NCBI GenBank assembly: GCA_002633005.1
Contig: NMRA01000240.1
Location: 1 to 64,000 of the forward strand
Source: Phoronis australis
Taxonomy: Eukaryota > Animalia > Phoronida
DNA length: 64,000 bases
Direction of reading: 5' to 3'
The notes under the pieces are model-generated. The model searched no databases. It was not told the origin of the DNA and was given only the letters and a program-made list of their open reading frames with translations. Shown here in pieces: positions 24,480 to 37,446 of this stretch; positions within the stretch are counted from its first letter, which is position 1, and each line of letters begins with the position of its first letter. A program made the translations under genes and the position numbers.

Positions 24480-25950
24480 AAAGGATTATTTCATGGTTGC
24501 GAGGAAGTTGGAAGGATGTTAACGGGACTGGCCAGTATTGAATAGTAGTGACCAGTTTAAAGTTATTTTTAAGAGTGGCGATTGAAGTGGTTTCTTTAAT
24601 TTTGGATGGTAAGAAATTTCAGTTGCCAATGCAAGTTAATATCGTAGATCTTTAAAAGGCTCGGCTGAGGCAAAATGGTCATGCGTATGAATTACTTTAT
24701 GCAGTACTGGTCTTGTGTTAACAGTGGAAGAGGATTTTGTTTGAATGATTGTTTATATTGTTTAAGACTTTGACTGTATACATGGACAAGTGGAGTTTAC
24801 GACGGGTTGCTGTTTTGCTCCAGTTGAGACTATTTAGAACCTTGATTGTGCTATATCCTTTGTATGCTCCTGTTATGGGTAAAGCTGATTGGCACTGTAG
24901 TCGTTCCAGTTGAAGAACTATACCTACGTTTGCTGATTGGTAAACTATGGCACATTAATCTAGACTTGTATGTACAAAATACTTGATTAGAGTTTTAAGA
25001 TGTATGAAGTTGAGATGACGAGAGGCGGTTCAAATTGGATTGAATAATTTTTTGTACTAGCGACAGTGAGGAGTAAATGTACTCTGAAAATCTAGTAGCA
25101 AGCCAAGGTGTTAATATGTATGCGTTTTGGTAATAACGTCTCCATTGAGCGATAAGGCAGCTTTGGATTTGTTCGGAAATGAGTGGCATCAGACTAGAAA
25201 ATATAAGATTAACACTTTTTCAGGCTCGAATTTCATCTTGCATTTGTGAGACCAGTCAAAGAATTTGTTTAGGTCAGTTTATAATTGTAAGGAGTTATGG
25301 GAATGCTCTCTTGAGAATAGGCAAAAATTGCAGTGTCATCACCATATGGGAATGTTTTAGAGTTTATTGTGACCGGAAGATCATTGTTGTACAGTGCAAG
25401 AGTAAGGGGCCTAGTACGCTGCCCTGTGGTACAGGTGTATTTTAGCATTTATTGGTGAGGGACTGAGAAGACACCCTCAATTCGGACTTTGTAAGTTCGC
25501 CATTACAGAAATGAGTTTAAAAGTAGGAGGCGACTGTCCTAGAAACCATAAGATTGTAATTTATGTAGAAGCAGGTCATGGGGAACGACATCAAAATCTG
25601 ACGCAATGTCCAAAAATACGGGTCTCACGTTGTACCCTTGCTCAAAATGTACAGTTTCTGTAAGTTTGACCATAGTGCTCTTCCCTGGCATGAATTCACT
25701 TTGGCAAAGATAGATGACGTTTTGTGACGAGAGGTTATCAAACATATGTTAAGAATTTTTTTGTTTTAAAATCTTGTATAAGGTGTTAAGAAGTGTAATG
25801 GGGCGATAGTTGGCAATGTTTGTTTTGGAGTCTTTTTGTCTATTGGTATCATAACACCAAGTTTCCAGTCCAAAGCAAATTTTCCAAACTGTTGTAAGAG
25901 TAACTGTAAGTTCTCTTGATAGTACCTTGAAAATTTTATAAGCCCTTAGA
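24480..25950 (-). mobile_element. Degraded CR1/L2-group LINE ORF2
   Basis: QSEFMPGKST, VFLDIASDFDVVPHDLLLHKLQSYGF, PVPQGSVLGPL, YGDDTAIF on the minus strand. Confidence 0.8.
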
Positions 25951-26084
25951 TTGGTACCGTCGTTTTCGTTTTCGTCGATGTTTTCTAGTAGTTTTCAGAT
26001 ATCAGATGGTTGGACCTGAATCTCAGAGGTGTTCTAATGTTCTGTTTGGGAAGTCGGAAAGTTTGTTGTTGGTGCAATGTGACT

Positions 26085-26470
26085 CTTGTAGATTGTTCTA
26101 AGACCCCCTGGACCCCTCGACCCAAAACCTCAACCCACGATCCACAACCCCTTAGACCCACGACCGTCTCGACCCGCGACCTGTGGCAGTAGAAGTGTTT
26201 TTGCGCTTTTTGCATATTTCAAAAACTTATTACGTCGCAGTGTGACGTGATGGAAGAGAGAGGTTGACGATCATTGGCCTTGCAGATTTTTGTTAAACTA
26301 AAGCAAATGAAAAGCACATTCACCTAAGAAAATCTAAGACTTTTATGCAAAAAGCTCCGAACAACTGCTGAAGTGTTTTCTGAGATAAAATCAGTGTAAT
26401 TCACAGTTTAACGTTGGCATTTCGTCATGATGCATGCTTCATTGTCGTCGATTTTGTCTCTTTATTTTAA
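26085..26470 (+). repeat. Interspersed repeat beginning with a CGACCC-motif array
   Basis: Aligns by eye over about 390 bp to 48730-49125; similar arrays at about 42365-42490 and, in reverse, 27050-27105. Confidence 0.75.
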
Positions 26471-27109
26471 TTATTCAGTGTCAGGTATGGGACTGTCATT
26501 AAAGACATTTAATGTATTTTAACCCTTTTGAAAAATAATCTTGGATGGGCGGCGCATCATAAGAGGCTGAGGGCTATTGCTCCCATTTATTTCAGTGCTG
26601 CACAGGCCATGGCTTGGTGTAATGAAGTCGAATTTTGAGTTGTTACAGGGGAAATTACTTTACTCTTTGGCTCCGCAGGTCAGGTCTCGTGCAGACAGAG
26701 CACGTGGTAGGTCGCGTGCCAACTTTCCCTGGCCTGCTGTAGTGGCGGTCTGATGCGCCAAACTGAAAAATGGTTCAGGATTACTGTCCATCGTCGGCAT
26801 TCCTGTGCTGCTATGAGACAAAAGGATCATCGGCCTGTTTTCTATGCTTCAGAGGTCCGTCTGCCGTTTTTCTCAGAAAACGTGCATTGTTCCTGGTTAG
26901 ATTATATGTGTGTTGTTAATTGTGCATTTGAAACGTGTGCTAGCTGGTTCTAGCTGTGCCAGTTTGTACAGGTGTGCCGGTTTGTACAGCTGTACAGACC
27001 CAGTGAAGCCGAAAGTGGGTCGATTACCTGACGGAGCCGAACCTGGCTTTGGGTCGAGGGGTTGTGTGACGTGGGTCGAGATGGTCGAGGGGTGTGGAGT
27101 CCAGTGAGT

Positions 27110-27850
27110 TTTGGAACTGTCCGATTCTTTGGATATTGGCTTCCATTGAGTGGATGGTATGGTATGGTGATTGCTTTACCTGTCATCGAATTTTGTTTAC
27201 TATATCCCAACATACCTTTTTTGAGGTATTGTTGATGTACAGGTAGATAATTTTCATCTGATATTTTTGTTGTGTCTTTTTGATAAGTACTTTTATATGT
27301 TGCACTGTTCTTTTTTACACTTAAACGTGCACAATTGAGTTGATATTCTGAACGATTTGCACATTATAATTCTTTTATTTATTTCAGATTAATTTTGTTC
27401 TTACACAACGGTTTGTTCTTGTTTTCATTGTTTTCATGGCTACTGAGATATTGTTATCAAATATGCTGTAGCGTGACTGTGTGAATGTTGAGAGTGCGCC
27501 ATTTGGGTCACTTTTATTCGGTATTTCAGTGCAGTTAGTCGTCCACGTTAATGAGGTTGTATTTCCAAACCTTTTTGATAACGTCGGGTTCTTTAGGTGC
27601 GCAGTAGAGTCTGAAAGTTGTTTTACTAACGTGCAGTTATTCAACTCTGTTAAAAATTTCATTTTCGATTTTGATTAGAAGGATGTCTACTTCGCTGATT
27701 TTTTTGTGGAAATCGATATAGTATTAATGTAATTTTACTGGTATTGAGCGATAATTCTTTGGTATTTAGCCAATCAAAAACATCTTGTAGCGAGTTCAGC
27801 GAAGAGGAGAATATAAAATAATTCGAAACCGGTTTGGTTGTCACTATCAT
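27110..27850 (-). mobile_element. Degraded L2/CR1-like LINE fragment
   Basis: LQDVFDWLNTKELSLNTSKITLILY resembles the post-YADD RT region. Confidence 0.5.
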
Positions 27851-28300
27851 GTGTGGGGGCCACTGATAACAAATTGGTTGAGAAGCTCAAACCTTTAAAG
27901 ATTGGTCGCCTTTATACTGTTGATGTTACTGAATAAGACCTTGAAGCTGGCTCAATCCTTAGAATCTGGTACCGGATTGAACTCTACAGTGTATGTCCCC
28001 AACAGTCAGAAGGCACAGCTCAATGGTAACTTTGATGTCACAAGGTGGGTTATTCATTGTGAAGTAAACGTTACGTATATGTGCAGTTGGCGTCGTTTTT
28101 GTAGTCGAAAAGTCAGGTTGAGCGTAGTAGGCGAAAAGGTGTGAAATATTTTTTTTCAGTCACTGGCACAATTGTTGCTAAATTTGTGGTCTGCAGTGAG
28201 CCAATCTTAGAATGGAATGAAATCCAAACTTATGTCCTACTCATTCTCTACTTAATTATAACATGATGTTTGTATTTTCCGATTGTTTTCATTTTTCAGG

Positions 28301-30790
28301 TAACCTGTCACTGGGAATTGACAAAGATGGGTTGAAAGCAAACAAAGAAAGTAAGTCAGTGCTACTTTCAAAGAAGTTGATTTCGTGTTGTGTGGATCTG
28401 CATTGTCATGGCGAAAGTTCACCCTCAGATTGGAACAAATTGTATTCCATATCGTGTGTGGGTTTTACAGTACTTGACCGGTCTGGCCAGATAAACCCAG
28501 CAAACTGCAACTGTTCTTCTGGATAAGTTAGGTTATTACAATGACTTGAACACGAATTGTTGTACAAGAAGACCCAAAAAACAAATCGGTGATTTCTTCA
28601 CTGAACTCTACACAAATCAACTTATTTCAAATGAGGTATACTTGAACTTCATTTTAATCAAGTTTATTCAACAAAGACATAACACTGCCCTATAAGTCAC
28701 GTTGTGATGAATTCTTTTTTTAAACATGTCGTGGGCTCGCTTTTTGGGGTTACTATGTATGAGCAACAGTTCCTTATTTGCTTACAAAAATGTGAATTTT
28801 GATAAATCACGGCAAGACAGATATTTTTTCATTTTATGACGTGATATTTTTATGGGTTACAGCTTTTGTTGGTTAACGATGTATTTCGTTTATAAATTAC
28901 TTTTATTGAATTGTTACATTGTAGGTTGAATGGATGCTACAAGCGAGTTCCCGCACTGTTGCACTCCAGTGCATCATTGGCTGTGTCTGGAAGTTGCACA
29001 TCTCAGCTGTAAACGTAGCACCAACTCAGCAAAAGTGCAATTTAGGGAAGAAGGCAAGCTATTATGACTAAAGTAATCACCCTGAAAGTCATTGCAGAGA
29101 CAAATTCAATGGAGATATCTGAGGTGTGTGAAATGGTGTTATTCATGCGCAAAAGCAAGAGAGGCAAATCCAACTCTGGTTAAAGGTTTTTGGGAGGTCC
29201 TGAAGTGGTCCCTAAAATTTCCAACAGATTGCCGCAGCTTTTGAGCTCCACTGTTTTCTCTCCACTATTAATGCGTAATCTGACATTGGATAGATCTAAT
29301 TGATAGAATAATGCTAAGCTTTAAACGCAAGTTAGGATTTGAGAATCTCTCTTGGTCAACACAACAGTAGACAGCCTTAACTCAAAGTAGTGATCAATGG
29401 GTGGAGCGGATCGATTTGGAAGCAAAGTTTAAAGGACACTTAATGCTCTATCGATTTTAAAGTACATATATGAGTAGGTGGGAATCCATGTTGAATTTGA
29501 AAAAAATATCAGTTAAAACGTAAAATGTATATACTTTTAAACGTGCTCCCGAGAGAGCTAATTTTGGTCCCACGTTGTCAGCCAGAAGATGTATATGTAA
29601 AAGGACCATCCAAGAATGCAACCTAGACAATCTTACAGAGGCCAATAATGGCACTACTAGTTGCGGAAACCATGTGAGACTTTTTAGTGTGTCAGATATA
29701 ACCGGTATGGCTGAAACAGTAAACTTGACTTCGGTTGTAGAAGCATGTGCTTTTCAAACTGTAGAGCAAGCTTTTCCTGCTTCCGACGACACTTCAGATT
29801 CCACTCAGTCATTCATGAGAGTGCAACAACAGTCAGTTGTTGATCTTGCACAAAAAATAATTGGTCAATCATCATCGTCACTTTTGAAGTCCCAGCGCCT
29901 GGGCCAGGTGACATATTCATTTATAGGCTACTGTGCTCAGAAAAAAAATTAATCACTAGTTCTACTCATAACATTGTTGCCAATACTATAGGGTACTATG
30001 ATCAACCAAATGGCCCTCAGCTAAGATGGGGTTCTTGTAAAGAGAAATGTGCATTAAAACTCTATTCCAGGAGGCAACGTACTCAACATAGACAATGGAA
30101 AGTTAGTTAAATAGGCGTGTGTGTATCAACAAAATCACTCTTCGTTACAGCCAGTCCTGGTGGAATAGCATCTTGCAGGTGATGTGGCACTGGACGGCTC
30201 GGAAAAAAGTGCCCATGGAAAAACCGTAATAAGTCTGGGCCGCATTATATAAAGCAGCCAGATTCTTGTATCCAGTATGTTTGACAGGCCATGGACACAT
30301 GAAAGTTAAACAATAGGTACAAGAACGTGTGAAGGACCGCATTAAGTAGTTACGAAGGTTTGCCATTTAAATATCAACACTCAAATTGTAATACAGTTAA
30401 ACCGCCTTAAACTGTACGTCAAGGGATATTTGGAATATGTACGTTGTAACGATAGCTTGTTGTAACCAGGTTAGACTTACATTCATTATGGGACATTGAC
30501 ATCTGTATGCATTATGGGCTTAAAATTCTAAAGAATTGTGAAGAGGTTCGACCGTAAATACAGGTTGCTCAGTGAAATGTGATAAATATTGTTTATTTCC
30601 GTTATCGGTTATTGTAGCTCTTCAGCATCCTGTCTTGAACAGTCTTGAAATATACGAGTGGTTATGTCTCTTAAAGATCTAGTCTTTTCTTGCTCTTTGG
30701 AGGACCAAGGAAGTCATACTAATGTCGGTACACGTTACTGCATTTACACTGAAACAATTGATGGCAAAAGATTTACTAACGCTGCACATG
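28301..30790 (+). pseudogene. Downstream exons of the SWIM/YqaJ gene of ISL2EU copy B, with convergent transposase C-terminus
   Basis: LGIDKDGLKA...VLDRSGQINPANCNCSSG (SWIM-like); SPGGIASCR...KCPWK (YqaJ-like); homology to copy A; minus-strand CAALVNLLPSIVSV* at about 30743-30790 matches 11757-11800. Confidence 0.7.
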
Positions 30791-31999
30791 TATCACCGGT
30801 ATGTCATATTTTGTTGCATCTCATTGCCGAGCATCATAGTAAGGACCGGAGAGTATTCGCCCAGCAAGACTGTGTTTTCACGACTACGGGTTGAAAGATG
30901 ATGCATTTTTCTTTCCAAAAGGACAAAGCCCCCAATCCCTTGATTTAATTTGGCGCCGAATATCGGCCCTTTCCCCGTATCAAAAATATTGTTGAAAAAT
31001 CGCTTCAAATCCACCCCATGAGACCTATACATTTCCCTAATGATTGAAAAGCTCTCTCCGAAGTTCAAATCACCTGAATGTATCCACACAGGTGACAATT
31101 TGAAAGAGCACAAAATGCTACTTGAGACAGAGTCTATGAGAGCTTGCAACAGGGCGGAGATGCTATTGATGATGACCGGAAGGTAGATTTTCCCTTACTC
31201 GACGAAAAAATCCTCTCTCAGAAGGCACAGGCACCTTTCCTATCGGATGATGAACAAGGCCCCTGAAGAAACATGATAACCATATGCTTGCTCTATGCAG
31301 TTAACTGAAATTTGAGCTCTAAAACGAGGTTATGCTTTGGACGAACGAATTCTGTGTTTAATTTTAAAATTCAACTTGGTCCACATTGATATTTGAAACC
31401 TAACACGTGAAATAGACGTAAGAATTATTAAAACCAAGAAAGCAGAAATGATGGTCAAATAATTACTTGTGAATGTGTGCGAGAGAGTGAATGAGAATCG
31501 GGATATAATGCCAGAGAGATTTCTGGGGCTGTGCTCCTTTTTATTTTTTTTTCAAATTTAAAATAATGGCCAAATAATTTTTAATTTCAATTACTAGCCT
31601 GTTTTTTTAATTTTAATAAAAATGTATTTAATAACATTAGTTATTTTTTTCAGATCAATGACAAATACACTGTTAGTCCCGGTAGTCCATGCTTTACCAG
31701 GACCTAAGCTACATGCTTGATGTTAATATTTTGGATAAACAAATTAAACCAGATGTGACTAATTGTATATGACAGCAAAATACGATGAGCCACCACTGTC
31801 GAATACATCTTCAACTCGTCGACAATATAAGCAGATGACCTGGTTTGTGTAGAAAGCATTTTGATCAACAATTTACAAGAAGAAATGAAACCCTGCATTC
31901 AACATAATACCTAATCCGTAACACTACAATCGCCGCAGTTTGGTCATATTCAATTTTCATGTTTCTAACCTAATTTTCGGAAAAAAACGTATACCCTTT

Positions 32000-32750
32000 C
32001 GTCAGACAACTCTTTGGTGCACTGACTTGTACTCTAATGTATTTTTCTACATCTCTTTGGTTAATTATCGACACATTTTTAAGATTTAGTATCCAGGTTG
32101 GACTCAAAAGACCGGCTATTTAACTCACGCAACTTCAGCTTTATTTATCGCAGTGAGCATTAATGTCCGCCGCGAGAATTAGGTCTATAGCTGACTGATA
32201 TGCTGTGATATGTTGGATAGTGTCTCAAGAAGCTAGCGGAAGCACGGTAGGCGTTTCTCATAAGCTTCGAATGCTCATCGAATCAACCAGCTTGTGAAAT
32301 CAAAAACTCAGGGACGCCACTTTCAAGTTTTTCATATCAATCGTGGTCGAAATTTTCTTTGGCCACCTTCCTTTGTTTCCTGATATAAGGCATCACTTTT
32401 CGCTCGTGTCAAGCTTGGTATTGCTGTACACTTTCACGTAAAGAAGTAGATGCAATGATTTCATGAATGCTTTGCCAACTTTGAAGTGATTGCTGCACAC
32501 CTTCGTGTTCTTGAGGACACCTGTCCATCCTGCATCTTTCTGATTGACGATTTTTGTCCACAGTTATTGCACAGTTATTTTCCTGACACAACTGACCAGC
32601 ACCATAAGCGATCTGAAAAGAGAAAATGCGTTGAATAAAATTTCATCGTTTATATTTACAGTTAGTTCAGAACTAACCATGATATTGATCACTACTCACG
32701 GGGACATCGAAAGCAGGGAAACGTGGCGCCACATGCACCTATGTAAATAG
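32000..32750 (-). pseudogene. hAT (P52rIPK/ZMYM1-like) transposase relic
   Basis: EGVQQSL and TSWLIR*AFEAYEK resemble the GVQ and TRWxxRxxA motifs; highly degraded. Confidence 0.4.
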
Positions 32751-33982
32751 TACTTTTCTTGTGCCTCATAATGTAAGCAGGCACTTCGGGTCGCACAGTA
32801 GCTGGTTAGGTGGAAAATTTCAAATCCTTGCATGATTAAGCCCGTAACAAGTTAAAAGTAGCGGAGACTGGGTGGGCGCAGCTCCCAAACTAAGCACTGC
32901 CTTTCGTTTATTCTCCCACTTTTTGTAGAATTTCTGGGCACTCATTTAGATGAGCTGAACTTCAAGTATATTTTTACATGGGTTTAGCATTAGCTTGTAA
33001 GATAAAACTCACATCCCTAGACTCAGAAACTTACGCTTTCTATATTAGAAAAGTCTGCATGAAATCCACTTCACTTTGCGTTTGTTTACCAATTTTAGTT
33101 CAGAGCTCACGGGACGGAAAAAGCAAAATGTCCGACCTCACGCTTAGCCGAAATACATTTATATAACAATCCAATAGCGATGATATAACTTTCGAATACA
33201 TGGTTGGATTTTTGTTGTACTTGAAAAGCTACTTTCCCGTTATTTAAACAAACAGCATGCGTGCGTTTGCCTTCATAACGAAATTCGCTGGGTTCGCCCA
33301 ACCTACGGACTACTGACACTGTCAGTCGAGCCTTGAGGGTAGCCTACGCCACTTTGCTTTCGACTTGACTTGAGTACATACTCACTTTGATGTGATCCTT
33401 GTCACGCTACTAAGTCTACAAGTGATAACTAAAACTTACAACCGAATTTAAATATACCTGCCAGTGTCCGGTCCATTTGACCTCTCTGGTTGTGACATCC
33501 AAACACAGCTCACCCAGCAGGGATGTTTTTGTGTAATGTACTTTCTTATCCAAATAAAGTCCCAGCAACCTTTGCGCATTTCCAAATGGTGGCAATCAAC
33601 AATAAGGTGTAGAGCCTTATTTTTCAATTTATTCAAAAATAAGAAAACGCAACAAAAACGGTTCAAAAGCTATTGTGCTATATACAGTAATGTACATGAA
33701 ATAGACGAACATCGTATATGTTCACATGTAAATTCTGCTATCACTTCTATGATGTGCAATGTATAGCATTCACAGATATTTCTGGCCTTCTGTGATTGTC
33801 ACATTTTAGTTTCATTTTAAGTACATAGGTTTCAACATGTTTCTTTTTGAATGTTTGGAAATACTTAAATATGGAGTTGGAAATCTTGGAATTGTGAAGT
33901 TAACCTAGATTTATTTAATGATCATTTTTGTGTGCTTCTCAAGTGTACCCTCCTTTAAGCGGTCTATTTTGCCTGCTATTAA

Positions 33983-36900
33983 AGGAGCATGCCGGCCAAA
34001 AAACAACCTAACTTGTATCAATTTAGATCGAATAGTTCTATTCCATAACGACACGTACGGTTGCGTTACCTGACCCCTGACGGCAGATGGAGGTGTTGAA
34101 ATTATCCAATGACGTCATCGGTTTCACACGCATTCTGTTCAGCAGTTCACAACACGGGTTACTGGTGTCATCTTATCGCTTGAATACATCGTTTAACACC
34201 AATAAATCATCAAACTTCGATGTAAAACCCTTAAAAATACACCGAGTTCTTATAAAAATGTGTTGTTTTATTTCACTCTTACGGATTTATTGGTATTTGG
34301 ACACACCGTAGCCTACAAACTTCGGCAGGCCACTGAGGTCCGTAGCAGGAAATTGGGGTCTGTTCGAAGATAATTTCGAACTATTTTCCGTGAGATACAG
34401 ACAGGAGAACCTAGATCTGTGTTGTTTAGACTATTGATTTTCTTAGTTCTAAACACAAAACGCTTGTTATCCTGGCCCGTCGCGGCCGGGCGGATTGACT
34501 CCGCCGTCGGGCCAGTGGCTCGGAAACTGATCAGACATCACGAACATAAACCAGCCAAAGTTCACTGGAAACTAAACTTCAAGTCAAGAAAATACTATGC
34601 TAGTGAGCCAAAGTAATGTGTACCTGATTATGTTGGTGAATTAGCCACAAAACTGCAAATCTACTTACTCGTCGGGGGCCGCGAATTCAAGTTCGCGCTT
34701 TGGCCACAGCACCGTCAGGGCAGAAGTTGTACATTGACAATCATTATTTGGGTAATGTAAATGTACTAAAGATTCCCCTAACACCTGTCCGTGGGATGGA
34801 AATCGAGTTGTTTCGCAACAGTTTCTGCCAGCAAACAAGAAATTTAGTATTTTCTCACACGGCCTCGGCCGGTGTCCCGTCAATTAGTTTTATTGCACCT
34901 AAAGCCGGTAACGCAGTGATTTATTCATTGCTGGGTTCTCAAATAATTTGCACTCACGAACACTCCAAAGGCATTACGAATTGCATCTAATGTGACGGAC
35001 TTTGCTTCAGTTTTATATAAGTATTGGTTAGGATGAGAATAATTCATTTTGAAACAGAACGCTCAGTAACGCCAACATAGCAACTCGCAATCCCGACTTA
35101 GGACGAGCTCGTGGATCATTTAGTTTTACAGGCTATCAATTCGAACAGGAATACAGTGATGAAGAAATACTAGAGAGGCACCGTGAACAAGCAAAGACAA
35201 CGGAACGTATGGAGTTATTTGGTAAGCCGGCATGTTCGTCAGGCACTGTCGACGTCTGCAGGCCACATACACGGAGATGTTTCACGGCCTGGGCCCGGTC
35301 TCCAATCTCCGTACTCAGACTCGAATCATGCTCAAACTCACACTTCATACTCAACTCGAGTACAGACTCAGCTTTGGTGTATTCAATGTCATACTCGAAA
35401 AATCTGTACTCGAAATTTCGAGCACGTACTCAGTTTCCGAGTGTAGTCGAACTGAAGTGTATCTCATCTATATTTCGAGTACGATTTTGAGTAAAAATTT
35501 GGAGTCTATGCTCAAATTTCAAGTTTGGTATGGCAGTGTGCTTGAAATCGTACTCGAAAATAAATACGAGCCAGAGAACAAAATATCGAAAGGGAACCAA
35601 GAAACACAGCAAATCTAAAAAAATAAGTCCTCTTACCGTATCTCAGCACTTCAATTTCAGTTCAGAGATAATAGTTTTCATCTTAAATCTTCTTATTCTT
35701 CACCTTATTAACCCGCCGTATCACTGTATGTTATGGCAGCCATTCTACTTCTACAATTCCTGGCAACAGGCGCATTGTAATCCCTTGTCGGCGAGTCATA
35801 ACAAGCGTCGAAAGCAGTTGTGGGAAAAGTCGTGTGAGAAGTTTGTGCTGCCCTTATTTCGGTATGTGTGCCTACGTTTTGTAGGGTTTCCAAAAGACGA
35901 GGAGAGGAGGGAAGTTAAACAAGTTCGGCTTCCCTGTCAGGTACATTTCTCATCATAACTTAGTCATCTATAATTCCTCAATCCCCAAATGGAATTCCAG
36001 ATTTTGTTTGCCGATTTCTAAGTAGACGTCTCGTTCCGTTCACTGCCACTGGTGAACTCTGAATGCCTGCACAATCATTGTTTTTTTAACTCACATGCCA
36101 AATGTCAACTCACTTGATACATCCCGGTAAAATACAAGATACAGTATCAAAGTTTGACATCAGCGTAGGCCTACACAGCAATGGGTTTTATGTCAAGACT
36201 AAATTAGCTACAGAGATGTGATAAGCTGATACAAATTTCTTAAGACATTTTCGGGACTGGGTGAGGAACTCAAGAAGTTGAAGCTTAATAATTGCCAAAT
36301 GTATCAAAGAAATGACAAAAGAATATTTATTGAAACTAAAAAATGAATAACAGTTACAGAACACTCAGAATTCCACGTTATAGACATAATCTTGTACTTG
36401 TAGCGACAGCAGACGATATTGTAGGCCTAGTTCCTGGGGTGGTCTACTCCAATATAGGGAGCGATGAATCAGCGCTTCTTTGCGTGATTTTGCATTTCAC
36501 ATCATAAAAAGTTCCATAGCAACTCGAGTATGAGTGTCAGATTTGAGTACGTTTGGAGTCTACTCGAAATACGACATTAGATACGCTTTTTTGAATACGA
36601 CTCCAGTGAGCACGATTTGAGTATGAAATCTCGAGTATGAGTATGAGTCTGAGTACGGAGATTGGAGAGCGGGCCCTGATCATACTTGCTATTTCCAGCG
36701 TACATTTCATTCTTCACTACCATGAGCCACTTCCTAAGCATTTCGGACTCTCGAGGAATTAAAAAAAAACGATATGCCGCTTTCCTCGCAGCTGCTTAGT
36801 TCGGACAAGCGGGAACGATGCACCGCAACATAACGGCATTCACTGTGCATATGAACCACTGACGTCGCTAGCGTCGTTTCTCACGTTCCTCACAGGTCAA

Positions 36901-37004
36901 CGCGACACCTCTTGGCAAAGTGAGGTCGACCGTATGCGAGGCGATGTGGATATAGACCGATTAAGACGGCAAAAAAGACTAATTAAATCGGGTGGCATTC
37001 CCCT
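33983..37004 (+). mobile_element. Non-autonomous Kolobok-like DNA transposon
   Basis: TTAA on both sides (33979-33982, 37005-37008); imperfect TIR aggagcatgcc / aggggaatgcc; internal FTGYQFEQEYSDEEILE; homologous to 44777-45800. Confidence 0.7.
35292..36675. mobile_element. PIF/Harbinger-type non-autonomous element nested in the Kolobok
   Basis: About 31-bp TIR ggcccg(g/c)tctccaatctccgtactcagactc; CTG TSD at 35289-35291 and 36676-36678; subterminal tactcg/gagta arrays. Confidence 0.85.
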
Positions 37005-37042
37005 TTAAATTGTGCGATTAATCACAGCTATTATACTTTCAG

Positions 37043-37180
37043 CCAGCGTTGATGTTAAGTGCGAGAAGGGTGGAGACTTGTGCTATGACTCTCTGGCGGT
37101 CTGTGAAAAGCACAAATACGAGTCTGCCAGGTGTGTCTGTCCGGAGGGTTACTACTTGGTGGATAGCACCGTGTGCAAAG
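37043..37180 (+). CDS. Exon encoding six-Cys EGF/EB-like module 3
   Basis: tactttcag|...caaag|gtatga; 138 nt, phase 1-1; SVDVKCEKGGDLCYDSLAVCEKHKYESARCVCPEGYYLVDSTVCK. Confidence 0.88.
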
Positions 37181-37446
37181 GTATGAATGAGACTCGAATT
37201 TAAAGCCTCTTGTCGTAAGCATGAAACAATAATGACAGCCCGAAAGCATCGAAATGACGACGATATGAATCGTGACAAACATAATTACAGTAACTGTATT
37301 GTAGTCCATTGAATACGTGTAAGCACAATCATTTAGTACAATATTATCATATTTGGGACTAACAACTTTATGGTTTAACCATACAATATGATAGTATGGG
37401 GGGCTGAATCGTCCAGTATAATTTACCTCGTTTTTGTTCTTGACAG

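Noticed and set aside
30793-31149. 118-aa ORF with HSGDLN as an APE endonuclease fragment
   Set aside because: Only one weak motif, and motif order is not convincing
35300-35560. Recurring tactcg/gagta motifs as a CRISPR-like or coding repeat
   Set aside because: Irregular short motifs without constant repeat-spacer periodicity; they are subterminal arrays of a TIR element
4423-37042. Antisense bias of old retroelements inside the intron
   Set aside because: Few elements, and a similar minus-strand excess occurs outside the gene, so there is no evidence of selection
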